Shown here: positions 46,107-55,645 of the stretch, piece by piece
Layout of the letters: each line of letters starts with the position of its first letter
Numbering within the stretch: the stretch's first letter is position 1
Assembly: GCA_003646025.1 (NCBI GenBank)
Contig: QNDR01000003.1
Location: 1 to 59,299, forward strand
Origin: Candidatus Fermentibacterota bacterium
Lineage (GTDB): Bacteria > Fermentibacterota > Fermentibacteria > Fermentibacterales > JCC-6
Direction: 5' to 3'
Length of the DNA: 59,299 nt
Position numbers and translations under genes: made by a program
The notes under the pieces: generated by a model
Told to the model about the DNA's origin: nothing
Databases searched by the model: none
Seen by the model: the letters and a program-made list of their open reading frames with translations, nothing else

Positions 46107-46723
46107 CAGTCGGCACCTCCCAGGTAACTGCGCTCAATCCCGAAGATCATGCGCAGGGAAGTGGCAACCATCCCCATGGCGGCACCTATCATCACAGCTC
46201 TCTGCCCTGCCAGGTTGGGAACCTGCATTATCCACTCGCTTATCAGTGGAATCCTGCCCCATATCATTGCTCCGATGGGAACACGACCAAGCATGACCAC
46301 AAACGCACTTATCAGAAGAAGCGTGGCTCTCCAGTTGCTTGCCCTGAAGGCTCTGAACGCCGCACTGGCCACAAAGAAAGCAAGCAGACTGAACATGGTA
46401 GCACCCATCGGGACCATCATCTGTGTAAACATGTAGTCAAAAGGCTTTCCCTGTTCAATACCGAACACTAGACCTGTGATTATCATAGCCGCGAAGCCGA
46501 TGATCGTCACAGGGCTGTACTTCCAGTTTCTGCCCTTGAAACGGATTCTGTGGGTGTGCACATAAAGCAGATTGACAGAACCAAGGAAAATCGCAAAACT
46601 GGCAACAATCATGTACCACTCCTGCAGGCTCTCCCCCATGGACTGAGTAGCCGGCACAAAGAACTGAAGGATCATTATCATTCCGGCTACGAATGTGATC
46701 GCCAAAGGTATTGCAAGTCTCAC
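46106..46723 (-). CDS. Polytopic integral membrane protein, unknown family (operon gene 2)
   Basis: 205 aa with five to six hydrophobic spans. Starts 11 nt after the stop of gene 1. Confidence 0.7.
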   Translation of the reverse strand: MRLAIPLAITFVAGMIMILQFFVPATQSMGESLQEWYMIVASFAIFLGSVNLLYVHTHRIRFKGRNWKYSPVTIIGFAAMIITGLVFGIEQGKPFDYMFTQMMVPMGATMFSLLAFFVASAAFRAFRASNWRATLLLISAFVVMLGRVPIGAMIWGRIPLISEWIMQVPNLAGQRAVMIGAAMGMVATSLRMIFGIERSYLGGAD

Positions 46724-46734
46724 TTCACAGCCTC

Positions 46735-47913
46735 CTATTCCACCGAAGTTATTGTTTTGAGGAACTCGGCCACTTTAGCGGCCGGTGCCCATGCCTCACC
46801 CAGTGTGGCAGTAAGAACACCTATTACTATTACCACCATGAAGAACAGCTTTGCCGCATCCTGTCCGCGAAGGCTTCCCAGAAGTTTGGGCTCCTTTGAA
46901 AGGTATGCACTTGCGGCGAACAGCTCTTCTCCAATAAGTGTGTAATCGCAGGCGGCAATGAAGAAAGGAATCTGGCTGGGCATTGCCGTTCCGGCAATCT
47001 GTATCGCACCAACGCTTCTCCCTGTTTCAGCGAGAATCAGACTTTCCGCATAGAATGTACCCAGCATGAAGATAGCGGCAGGCTTCTGCCTCACCATTAT
47101 ACCGTCTACACCGGCAGCGTAGCCGAACTGGTCATCTGTGATGTAGTTGATACTTTCACGCTGGTAGGCATCAGGCCGACCAACCTGAAGATACGATTCC
47201 TTCACTATCTCCTGTGCAACGCTCATAACAACAGAACGACAGGTTGGAACGAGAAGCGGTGAGCCGTATTCTGCTGTTTTCATGGCAACGCGGCCAAGTA
47301 TTACCATACTGGCAATTGTCTGGATATCGTCCATATCCATGATACCCGGAATGTAAAGAACAGGGCGACCCATTTCCGTTGCCCTGCCAACTGCATCTTC
47401 AACGGCGGTAAGTCCTGCGATCCGGCGGATGTAAAGATCCTTTCCGCGCTTGCCCTGTTCGATGTAATAAAAGATCACCAGACTGATAATGGTGAGTATG
47501 ATCAGCATTCCAACCCGGCCTGAATTGATCCACTGCTTTATGGGAACAGCAGCCGCCAGAACTGAAGGTTCACCGGCTGTTCCACCGGACCATGGAACAA
47601 TACGATAGGAGTACTCCAGACCGTTTTCCAGTTCCCCGTCGGTTTTTCTGCCATCAATAGGTGCCAGAGTACAGACCGGTGCCCAGTCTTCACCGTCACA
47701 GGAACGCTCCAGAACCATGGAATCGGGAAGTGCAGCGTCGGCTGCTACGGTCCACGTAAGATCGATACCCCCTCCGGCATCATTTCTCGCATCCTCTGCT
47801 GTGAGCGACTGCACAAAACTGCCGCTGTTTTCTTCAGAAGTAACGCCACCGCTCTGTGCGAACAGCACCCCTGCAAAAACCAGAAGAGGAAGTACAAACA
47901 GCATTTTCCTCAT
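46735..47913 (-). CDS. Membrane protein with signal peptide, FN3-like ectodomain and two TM segments, unknown family (operon gene 1)
   Basis: MRKMLFVLPLLVFAGVLFA signal peptide. FN3-like DLTWTV...LERSCDGEDWAPV...EYSYRIVPWS. A TM (MLIILTIISLVIFYYI), a ~230-aa domain, and a C-terminal TM (LFFMVVIVIGVLTATL). Confidence 0.7.
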   Translation of the reverse strand: MRKMLFVLPLLVFAGVLFAQSGGVTSEENSGSFVQSLTAEDARNDAGGGIDLTWTVAADAALPDSMVLERSCDGEDWAPVCTLAPIDGRKTDGELENGLEYSYRIVPWSGGTAGEPSVLAAAVPIKQWINSGRVGMLIILTIISLVIFYYIEQGKRGKDLYIRRIAGLTAVEDAVGRATEMGRPVLYIPGIMDMDDIQTIASMVILGRVAMKTAEYGSPLLVPTCRSVVMSVAQEIVKESYLQVGRPDAYQRESINYITDDQFGYAAGVDGIMVRQKPAAIFMLGTFYAESLILAETGRSVGAIQIAGTAMPSQIPFFIAACDYTLIGEELFAASAYLSKEPKLLGSLRGQDAAKLFFMVVIVIGVLTATLGEAWAPAAKVAEFLKTITSVE

Positions 47914-47964
47914 ACTGTTGAACCCCTTTCATTAGGATATTTCGGTACAAAACACAGTCTGATG

Positions 47965-47993
47965 ATAATAACCCACTTGCGTCAGCGTCGCAA
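47965..47993 (-). promoter_or_regulatory. Putative promoter of the four-gene membrane operon, with a palindrome over the -35
   Basis: Minus strand TTGCGA (47993..47988) - 17 nt - TATTAT (47970..47965). The inverted repeat TTGCG-N7-CGCAA (47977..47993) overlaps the -35. Confidence 0.3.
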
Positions 47994-48254
47994 CAAGGTT
48001 ACACTGCGAAACTAATGGGAAACAATCGGGGCTGAGCATTCTTAACACAGGAAACAACAGCCGGAAAACTCTACCTGAATTCTTCAGGAACCTGCTTATC
48101 CAGTAACTGCTGAAGAGCTGATATGCTTTCAACAGGCAGACTGCAGATGCAATTCTCGATAGAATTGTTCATAATTCGTACAAGATTGAACTCGATGTAA
48201 ACAAGAGAGAAAACACTGCGGAGCCTCTTTTCAGTCAAGGATTAGCATACAGAG

Positions 48255-49292
48255 ATGACAGACAGTACAAAAAAGCACAAAAGACGTATTCGCTACTCCG
48301 GCACACATCCAAGAAAATTCAGGGAAAAATACAAAGAGCTTGACCCGGAAAAATATCCGAATGAGGTGGAAAAGGTTAAACAGCGGGGGCAAACCCCGGC
48401 TGGAATGCACCTGCCCGTCTGCGTAGATGAGATATGCGACATTCTCCGCTTAAAACCGGGAATGAGTGGAATCGACTGCACCCTGGGATATGGCGGGCAC
48501 AGCAGCAAAATGCTGCAGCGAATCACACCTGGTGGTACCTTGATAGGTATAGATGTTGATTCCTATGAACTTACAAGAACAGACAATCGCATTCGAACTC
48601 TCGGGTATGATGAATCCGTGTTTATCACCAGGCAAATGAATTTCTCGCAGATAAAGGATTGTCTCGATATCAAACCCGGAGGATTTGATTTTATACTGGC
48701 GGATCTGGGTGTTTCATCAATGCAACTGGACACTCCTGACAGAGGGTTTTCTTACAAAAATTATGCTCCCCTGGACTTGCGACTGAATAACTCAGAAGGC
48801 GTAACAGCGGCTCAATTGCTTTCACAAATTGAAGAGGACTCTCTGACAAACCTTATGGTTGAGAATGCAGATGAGCCTTATGCTGAACTTCTGGGCAGAA
48901 CAATACGATCAAGAAGCGAAGAATGCCGGACAACCACAGGTCTTGCCTCTGTTATTACCGATTCACTGCAGAGCGAGGGGCTTACACAAAAAGAATGCAA
49001 ACAGTCAATTCAGAGAGTATTCCAGGCACTCCGTATAGAGGTAAACAAAGAATTTGAAGCTCTTGACCAGCTGCTGCGTTCAATTCCAGACTGCCTGAAG
49101 AGTGGTGGCAGAGTTGCAATTCTTTCATTTCACTCCGGCGAGGATCGCCGGGTAAAGAAAAGCTTCAAGGCTCTTACCGAACAGGGTATCTACTCTGAAT
49201 GCGTACGCCGCCCAATTCGCCCTTCTTTTCAGGAGCAACACGACAATCCCCGTTCATCCAGCGCAAAACTCCGATGGGCAGTAAAGAGATAG
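48255..49292 (+). CDS. rsmH: 16S rRNA (cytosine1402-N4)-methyltransferase
   Basis: DCTLGYGGHS, ADLGVSSMQLD and ISFHSGEDRRVK motifs. A ~50-aa basic N-terminal extension precedes the usual H.PV start. Confidence 0.85.
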   Translation: MTDSTKKHKRRIRYSGTHPRKFREKYKELDPEKYPNEVEKVKQRGQTPAGMHLPVCVDEICDILRLKPGMSGIDCTLGYGGHSSKMLQRITPGGTLIGIDVDSYELTRTDNRIRTLGYDESVFITRQMNFSQIKDCLDIKPGGFDFILADLGVSSMQLDTPDRGFSYKNYAPLDLRLNNSEGVTAAQLLSQIEEDSLTNLMVENADEPYAELLGRTIRSRSEECRTTTGLASVITDSLQSEGLTQKECKQSIQRVFQALRIEVNKEFEALDQLLRSIPDCLKSGGRVAILSFHSGEDRRVKKSFKALTEQGIYSECVRRPIRPSFQEQHDNPRSSSAKLRWAVKR

Positions 49293-49494
49293 AGGATTTA
49301 CAAAAAAATACAGGCATCAGAGCCCTTTATCACCAGGTGCGGCTCTCGTGTTCAAGGTGATTTGTCGATATTCTGTTTCAATGCACTCATCTCTGCAGGA
49401 TACTTACCGGCACGACTGAACACCTTCGGAATCTGCCATGGCCCGCTGCTCTTCAATTCTTATATTTATACGGCAAACAGGATATTGGAGTGTT

Positions 49495-50334
49495 ATGAAA
49501 GAAAAATTGGTAATCAGAGAAGCAGCAGAGAGTGACCTGGGTGACCTGGCTGAAATATCAAGAGCCACTTGGGATGGAGATGATTACCTTGAAAGTGTTT
49601 CAGGTGAGTGGGTACGGGAAAATGGTTTTTTCGTGGGAGAGATAGACGACAGGGTGGTGGCCTGCGGGAAACTGTCTTCCATGCCCGGAGATGTTGCATG
49701 GCTTGAGGGTCTCAGGGTACACACGGACTTCAAAGGAAAAGGCTACGGCAGAGCACTGTCCGACAGTATTCTTCAGATGGCTGTCACAAGAAAAGAAAAA
49801 GGCGAATTCAAAGCAATCGAGTTCTCAACGTATGTCAGCAACGTGGAGAGTATATCCATGGCAGAGAAACAGGGATTTCGGGTCACCGAGTTGTTTCATG
49901 TGGTTTCCATGGAAAATCCTCCGCTACCTGAAGCAGCAGCGAATCTGAAGAAAGTTTCTCCGAAAACAGCAGATTTCTCCATCTATCCCCACCACGCACC
50001 GTGCGGGTGGAAATACATCAGCCACAGAAACAAAGATTCGGTCCAGTGGATGAAAAACAATGCGGAATTCTGGCAGGTACAGTCCGGAGCAAGATTCCTT
50101 GCTGCAAACCGCGGGCAGGAAGTATCACCTCTGGCCTCGTCGCTCAACGACACACAGGGGTTTGTTGACGGAATCTTTGCTCTTGCGGAGAAAAAAAGAC
50201 TTGATTACCTTGAAGTGATAGTTCACGATTCGCACACACAGATACTTGCACAGCTGCTTGAAAACGGGTTTTCCTACTGGGAAAATCACGGGAAGGCAAA
50301 CCTTCCCGTGTACCGGCTGGCAGAACAACGGTGA
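49495..50334 (+). CDS. GNAT-family N-acetyltransferase with C-terminal domain of unknown function
   Basis: Start at ATG 49495 behind TGGAG. Acetyl-CoA loop LRVHTDFKGKGYGRAL. The C-terminal ~130 aa are not recognised. Confidence 0.7.
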   Translation: MKEKLVIREAAESDLGDLAEISRATWDGDDYLESVSGEWVRENGFFVGEIDDRVVACGKLSSMPGDVAWLEGLRVHTDFKGKGYGRALSDSILQMAVTRKEKGEFKAIEFSTYVSNVESISMAEKQGFRVTELFHVVSMENPPLPEAAANLKKVSPKTADFSIYPHHAPCGWKYISHRNKDSVQWMKNNAEFWQVQSGARFLAANRGQEVSPLASSLNDTQGFVDGIFALAEKKRLDYLEVIVHDSHTQILAQLLENGFSYWENHGKANLPVYRLAEQR

Positions 50335-50342
50335 ATTGAACA

Positions 50343-50364
50343 GGGGAGTACTGATGCACTCCCC
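50343..50364. terminator. Hairpin between convergent genes
   Basis: GGGGAGT (50343..50349) / ACTCCCC (50358..50364) with an 8-nt loop, between stops at 50334 (+) and 50377 (-). Weak U-tract. Confidence 0.3.
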
Positions 50365-50376
50365 CGTAATAAGTGA

Positions 50377-51504
50377 TCAGCCCTCGATAAGCTCCACATT
50401 AGCTCTTGGCACTGTGTACCTTTTACCGTCGGGGAACTCAACCTCAAGAACTCTGACCTTTGCCTCTGAGTCAACCACCTGAAGCTCAGGGGGAAGCGCG
50501 GCAACTTTGCCTATCATTCCGAAGTAGGGTGAGCGGATACAGCGGATGGAACTGCCTATATCCATGGCACCGGCCTGCTTTGTGCTGGTTGTTTTACTCG
50601 CTGCGTCCGCAGGCAGGGGAACCACGATTTCAGGACGCATAACTCCTGCTCGAATCTGAGTTGCTCCATTCACACTGGCCACCATGCCCTCTCGAAGCTT
50701 GAGCAGCTCGAAAGTACCGGACGCCATTGTCATTCTTCCAAAACCTTCGGTAAGAATCAGCGTGATACCAAGTTTTTCGTGACCTGTGATGGCAACACCA
50801 AGATCAAACCCTAGAAGATCCTTCAGATCTTTGTCGTCGAAACCGCCTACAACTACAGCTTTCACTCCTGTGGAAATTGCTTTTTTCAGAACGCTGTGGC
50901 TTATGTAGTTTCCACCAATGACGATCTTGTCTTTGCAGTCCGGGGTAATCTTATCGGCAGTAACCTCCTGGTCAGGAGCGGAGCAAACCATTTTCAACTC
51001 TCCGCGAACCTCTCCGCCAATACCGAAAATACCCTGCACAAAAGTACAGTGTGTCTGAACAATAACACCCTCTCCAGGAAGAACCTCCGTAACCTTTCCC
51101 TTTACATAACCATCTATCTCAACTGGAATCGGAGGTTCACGGAGAACTGCCTGACCGGTGATCTCGTTGAAACTCTCAAACACTCCGTCGATGGGGCTTT
51201 TTACCGTGTTCTTGAAGTACTTTCCGAACAGTCCTTTGCTCTGAGCGAGAGGTTCATCGGCTCCGATTACCTCCCCCTCCTTTATAAGAAGCAGTTCCGG
51301 AATGTCTGACGGAGGAACGCCAAGCAGGTTGGCTATGTTGAACATCTTTACATTGCCTGGAAGCTCTGTGCGAGCGACAACAGTATCTGCTTCTATGGAG
51401 TCTCCCACAGCTGCAAGTACCTCTCCTTTAAGGGGAAGTCTTCTTACCTTTGAAATATCTGCGACATCCGCAACTCTCAAGCCAGGTGTGTATGCAAAAG
51501 CCAT
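50377..51504 (-). CDS. Hypothetical protein, last gene of the extended gcv operon
   Basis: 375 aa, soluble-looking. Its start shares 1 nt with the upstream stop (TAATG). No family recognised with confidence. Confidence 0.65.
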   Translation of the reverse strand: MAFAYTPGLRVADVADISKVRRLPLKGEVLAAVGDSIEADTVVARTELPGNVKMFNIANLLGVPPSDIPELLLIKEGEVIGADEPLAQSKGLFGKYFKNTVKSPIDGVFESFNEITGQAVLREPPIPVEIDGYVKGKVTEVLPGEGVIVQTHCTFVQGIFGIGGEVRGELKMVCSAPDQEVTADKITPDCKDKIVIGGNYISHSVLKKAISTGVKAVVVGGFDDKDLKDLLGFDLGVAITGHEKLGITLILTEGFGRMTMASGTFELLKLREGMVASVNGATQIRAGVMRPEIVVPLPADAASKTTSTKQAGAMDIGSSIRCIRSPYFGMIGKVAALPPELQVVDSEAKVRVLEVEFPDGKRYTVPRANVELIEG

Positions 51505-53396
51505 TATTCACCACCTCCCATTGTAAGGAAGCGCTCCGGGTAGCAGTTCAGCGTCTGCGACCAGGTCTGGAGCATCTGTACCCGTTTCGCATCGTCCTCA
51601 GGAAGGTTGAAGGGATGCCTTCCTCTTCCGTCGAGAACGATACCCACTATTCCACCCTCAAGGGTGCCTTCCCACACTTCGCCCGGGCCATTACCAACAT
51701 CAAGTCCCTTTACCGGCGTGATTACCGCGGTGGTTTTTTCTCCCACTCCCAGCGGTATCAGCTTCATCTCTCCCGGTATTATTTTTTCTTCCACTGTTTT
51801 TCCATCAGGCATATTAAGTTTAACCACTGCCAGATGATCAACCTTCTTGAAAGAACCGGATGGGGCTATACATGGGCCAAGTTTGATGAGACAGTCGTTG
51901 TTGAACACCTCAACAGCCGCCTGGGGATGAACTTCGCTGAGAACACCCAGATGCGGCATCATGAATATGGAATCAACCGCGAGCATTGTTACACCTTCAG
52001 GGAGGAAACTGTCTATGAGCATCATGGCAGTCTGACTTCTTCTGGGGGCGTGGCTGAGAACACCGCCTGAGCCTATGAGAAGGTTGAGGTCCATCATGTT
52101 AACGAGAGTTGCACCTGTCTGACTCTGCTCGAAAGCATCACCTATGGTTCTCTCCTGGGCAACACCCTTCAGACCTGTTGCGAGCTCCTTGTGCTGAACG
52201 AGGGCAAGCCTCAAAGCTTCCCTTGCTATTGCCTGCTCAATGATCAGCTCCTCCAGTTCCTGAGGAATGGTGGTTGGGCGGATCATCTTGTTTCTTATTC
52301 TGTTACGAAAATCGGCTTCATCCACATGGAATGGAACCCAGCGCATGACACTGTCCATACCGGCACTGGCAAGAACGTTACTGATAGAGTAGCTCATTCC
52401 AAGGTTGGCACTTACAGTACGGTTAAAAACCGGTTCCCCGCTACTGTCAAACACACTGAAAACATCTGTTGTTGCACCACCGATATCAACACCCATAACA
52501 TGAATGCCTTCCATCTTTGCAACTCTTTCGATGAGTTTGCCAACGGCACCCGGTGTTGGCATAATGGGAACATTCTTCCACTTGCCGTCTACAAACCGGC
52601 CGGTCCACTCCATAAGGTGAGCGTATCCCGGAGCCTGAGCCATCACATGCTCCATAAACAGCTCGTGAATAAGGTCTCTGGCAGGACCCAGATTTTCCCG
52701 TTCGAGAACAGGGCGCAGATTATCCACTATCTTAAGCTCTACTGTGGATCCCAGTTCTTCCTTCACAGCGCCGGCAGCATCTTTGTTTCCGGCAAAGATC
52801 ACAGGCAGTTTGAACCCTACACCAAACCTTGGCTTCGGATCTGCTGCGCGGATGATCTCAGCCAGTTCGACAACGTGGTCTATTGTACCACCGTCGATAC
52901 CACCTGACAGAAGAATCATGTCGGGACGAAGTCGTCTTATATCTTCCACCTTTTCGTGCGGAAGCCTTTTGTCGTTAGAAGCAATGATGTCCATAACGAT
53001 GGCTCCAGCACCGAGAGCAGCTCTCTGGGCACTTTCACCTGTCATTGATTTAACAACACCGGCAACGGTCATCTGAAGACCGCCTCCGGCGGAAGAGGTT
53101 GAAACATAGAGATCGACTCCGTCACCGGAACCTTCCCTCACATGAACTCCACTTCCGTTATCTTTCAGAAAGCGGCGTCCTTCAAGGTCTTCAATCTCCC
53201 CAACTGCGTTAAGAACACCTTTGGTAACATCCTCCGCAGGAGCCTCAACTGTTGTCGGAGCTTCCCCTCGGCGGGCGAGACGATAGCGACCAGCTTCCTC
53301 GCTGTACTCAATGAGTATGGATTTGGTTGTGGTACTACCGCAGTCGGTGGCTAAAATAGTCTGCATTCTTTCAGCGGCCACTGCATCTCCCTTCAC
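51504..53396 (-). CDS. GlmL/MutL-family ASKHA-fold protein (glutamate mutase component L-like), extended C-terminus
   Basis: ILATDCGSTTTKSILIE and VDIGGATTDVFSVF are actin-like phosphate-1/phosphate-2 motifs in the arrangement I associate with the GlmL family. 630 aa. Confidence 0.65.
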   Translation of the reverse strand: MKGDAVAAERMQTILATDCGSTTTKSILIEYSEEAGRYRLARRGEAPTTVEAPAEDVTKGVLNAVGEIEDLEGRRFLKDNGSGVHVREGSGDGVDLYVSTSSAGGGLQMTVAGVVKSMTGESAQRAALGAGAIVMDIIASNDKRLPHEKVEDIRRLRPDMILLSGGIDGGTIDHVVELAEIIRAADPKPRFGVGFKLPVIFAGNKDAAGAVKEELGSTVELKIVDNLRPVLERENLGPARDLIHELFMEHVMAQAPGYAHLMEWTGRFVDGKWKNVPIMPTPGAVGKLIERVAKMEGIHVMGVDIGGATTDVFSVFDSSGEPVFNRTVSANLGMSYSISNVLASAGMDSVMRWVPFHVDEADFRNRIRNKMIRPTTIPQELEELIIEQAIAREALRLALVQHKELATGLKGVAQERTIGDAFEQSQTGATLVNMMDLNLLIGSGGVLSHAPRRSQTAMMLIDSFLPEGVTMLAVDSIFMMPHLGVLSEVHPQAAVEVFNNDCLIKLGPCIAPSGSFKKVDHLAVVKLNMPDGKTVEEKIIPGEMKLIPLGVGEKTTAVITPVKGLDVGNGPGEVWEGTLEGGIVGIVLDGRGRHPFNLPEDDAKRVQMLQTWSQTLNCYPERFLTMGGGE

Positions 53397-53399
53397 TTG

Positions 53400-53804
53400 T
53401 TAGGCTCCCGAATGATTCTTGTTTCTGCGGAACAAACGTCTGAAGAATCCTTTACGGTTCTTTCGTTTTTCAAGTTTTGCCTTCCGCCTCTGTTCGGAAA
53501 CCAGTGCGTTTTCTTCTTCTATAGCAACTGTAAGTTTCTCTACATTCTCACGGTCTTCAATCATCCTTACAAATCTGTAGTAATCTCCGGATTGAACCAG
53601 AAGAGAAATTACAGGATTTGCGAACACCAGCATCTGACTGCCCAGAAACGATACCGGCTTTATTGACTCCAGAAATATAATTGCCGGAACTGTCAGATCC
53701 CGCTCGACGATCTTGTGCGCAATACGCCTGGCCAGATCGTCACATTCCTCCGATGTATCAGACATGTAATCTTCAGGATTTAATCCTGGCCCGAATAAAT
53801 TCAA
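53400..53804 (-). CDS. Small hypothetical protein with basic C-terminal tail
   Basis: The only sensible ORF filling the operon gap. Hydrophobic core LTVPAIIFLESIKPVSFLGSQMLVFANPVISLLV. An alternative ATG at 53765 removes the overlap with the upstream gene. Confidence 0.5.
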   Translation of the reverse strand: MNLFGPGLNPEDYMSDTSEECDDLARRIAHKIVERDLTVPAIIFLESIKPVSFLGSQMLVFANPVISLLVQSGDYYRFVRMIEDRENVEKLTVAIEEENALVSEQRRKAKLEKRKNRKGFFRRLFRRNKNHSGA

Positions 53805-54210
53805 GCACTTCCTCCCTGTTTCCGGAATACTGTACGCTTAACCCTCTGAACTTCGCCAGCCTTGTGGGTTCTTTGAAAGGGCTCAGCAAAACTCCATTGG
53901 CATCCGGAATAATGCTTCTAACCTCTTCCCATTTCTTTACCTCTGTACCAAACGGAGATTTCTTTCTAACGCCCGCTGAATCCATAATAAACTCCACAGG
54001 CAGGAAAAAATTCCACATGGAAAGGAACAGAAGGGCAAGCCCGATTATCCCCCACCATATATTTCCCATCATAACAGAAGCAGCAAAAGAAGATACCAGC
54101 ATTATCGCAACCAGTGCAACTGTTGCCTTCGGACGCTCTCTCATGGGGAAGGAAACCCACTCAAGGGTTTCCTTCCCTGCGGAATCAACTGTTCCCATTT
54201 CAGAATTCAA
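53773..54210 (-). CDS. Small membrane protein (two TM segments plus a soluble C-terminal domain)
   Basis: ATVALVAIMLVSSFAASVMMGNIWWGIIGLALLFLSMW hairpin TM pair. The start overlaps the gcvPB stop by 11 nt; an alternative ATG lies at 54198. Confidence 0.5.
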   Translation of the reverse strand: MNSEMGTVDSAGKETLEWVSFPMRERPKATVALVAIMLVSSFAASVMMGNIWWGIIGLALLFLSMWNFFLPVEFIMDSAGVRKKSPFGTEVKKWEEVRSIIPDANGVLLSPFKEPTRLAKFRGLSVQYSGNREEVLEFIRARIKS

Positions 54211-55645
54211 CAGGCTCCACCAGACACAGGTCTTTTACCGCCTTGACCTCGTCAAGACGCAACACCGGTGTATTCACTGGAGCATCGGTTACAAGATGAG
54301 GTTTCTCATCTATTTCACCTGCAATTGCTATCATTGCGTCGATAAAAGAGTCTATACTCTCAAGGCTCTCTGTCTCTGTGGGCTCTATCATAAGAGCTTC
54401 CTTGACTATGAGAGGGAAGTAAATTGTGGGAGCATGAAATCCGTAATCAAGAAGACGCTTGGCTATATCAAGGGTTTTCACTCCCTTCTTCGCCATCTCA
54501 GCCCCGCTTGCCACGAACTCGTGCATACACGGTCCGTCATCATTGGGTACTTCGTAGTATTCTTTGATCCTCGCCTTCATGTAGTTCGCGTTGATCAAAG
54601 CAACTTCAGACACTTCCCGAAGCCCTCTGGCTCCCAGAGTTCTTATGTACGCATAGGCCTTGTACAGTACTCCTACATTCCCGTGGAAAGCCATCAACCG
54701 TCCTATTGATCTTCCCCTGCCGTTGTTAAGCACATATCCATCCTGCGTTTTCTTCACAGTGGATGCCGGGAGGAATGACCCCAGGGTTTCGGTGCAGCAC
54801 ACAGCACCTGAACCTGGTCCACCGCCGCCATGGGGTGTACTGAAAGTTTTATGGAGGTTGAGATGGCATGCATCAAAGCCCATATCACCCGGCCTGGCTA
54901 TACCAAGCAGGGCGTTCATGTTCGCGCCATCCATGTAGTTCAAGCCACCTGCATTGTGAACAATCTCTGTAATCTCTTTGATATTGCTCTCGAAAATACC
55001 AAGAGTGTTGGGGTTGGTCAGCATGAAAGCACATGTGTTTTCTCCTGCTTTAGAACGCAGGTCTTCAACGTCCACTCTTCCGTGTTCATCCGATTTTACA
55101 CTAACCACTTTCAGCCCGGCAAGGGTGGTTGTCGCAGGATTGGTTCCGTGAGAGGAATCCGGCATAAGAACCTCGTCGCGATGCCCCTGGCCACGCTCAA
55201 TCTGCCACTTCTTGATAAGCATCACACCTGTAAACTCACCCTGAGCTCCTGCTGCAGGCTGCAGCGTTACAGCATCAAACCCGGTGATCTCACACAGGGA
55301 TTCTCCCAGTTCATGCATTATCTGAAGTGTACCCTGAACCGAAGGAGCAGAGGAGAGAGGGTGAACTGCGGCCAGCCTTTCAATCCTTGCCAGGTACTCA
55401 TGCAGCCTGGGATTGTACTTCATTGTACAGGAACCCAGAGGATACAGGCCCTTCTCTATGTTGAAATTCATTGTGGAAAGGCGTACGAAATGGCGCATTG
55501 CCTGTCCTTCAGTAACCTGTGGAAGACCAATCGGCTGCTTTCTTCCAAATTCTTCGGGAATTGCGGTCTCCGGCACATCAAGAACAGGAAGTGTTATACC
55601 TGTACGCCCGGGGGAACTGTACTGAAATATGGTCTTTTCCATCAC
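54200..55645 (-). CDS. gcvPB: Glycine dehydrogenase (decarboxylating) subunit 2
   Basis: PLP-lysine context HLNLHKTFSTPHGGGGPG; 481 aa; follows gcvPA with a 4-nt overlap. Confidence 0.95.
   Translation of the reverse strand: MMEKTIFQYSSPGRTGITLPVLDVPETAIPEEFGRKQPIGLPQVTEGQAMRHFVRLSTMNFNIEKGLYPLGSCTMKYNPRLHEYLARIERLAAVHPLSSAPSVQGTLQIMHELGESLCEITGFDAVTLQPAAGAQGEFTGVMLIKKWQIERGQGHRDEVLMPDSSHGTNPATTTLAGLKVVSVKSDEHGRVDVEDLRSKAGENTCAFMLTNPNTLGIFESNIKEITEIVHNAGGLNYMDGANMNALLGIARPGDMGFDACHLNLHKTFSTPHGGGGPGSGAVCCTETLGSFLPASTVKKTQDGYVLNNGRGRSIGRLMAFHGNVGVLYKAYAYIRTLGARGLREVSEVALINANYMKARIKEYYEVPNDDGPCMHEFVASGAEMAKKGVKTLDIAKRLLDYGFHAPTIYFPLIVKEALMIEPTETESLESIDSFIDAMIAIAGEIDEKPHLVTDAPVNTPVLRLDEVKAVKDLCLVEPVEF

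Noticed and set aside
16582-49292. rsmI and rsmH (both modify 16S C1402) in the same window as a possible functional cluster
   Set aside because: They are 31 kb apart, on opposite strands, and in unrelated transcription units. Co-occurrence is expected because both are near-universal.
50290-50307. Perfect hairpin GGGAAGG-CAAA-CCTTCCC, similar in form to the hairpin at 31430..31447
   Set aside because: It lies inside the GNAT coding sequence (HGKANLPVY). The similarity to the other hairpin is limited to a GGAAG/CTTCC stem, so it is probably coincidence.
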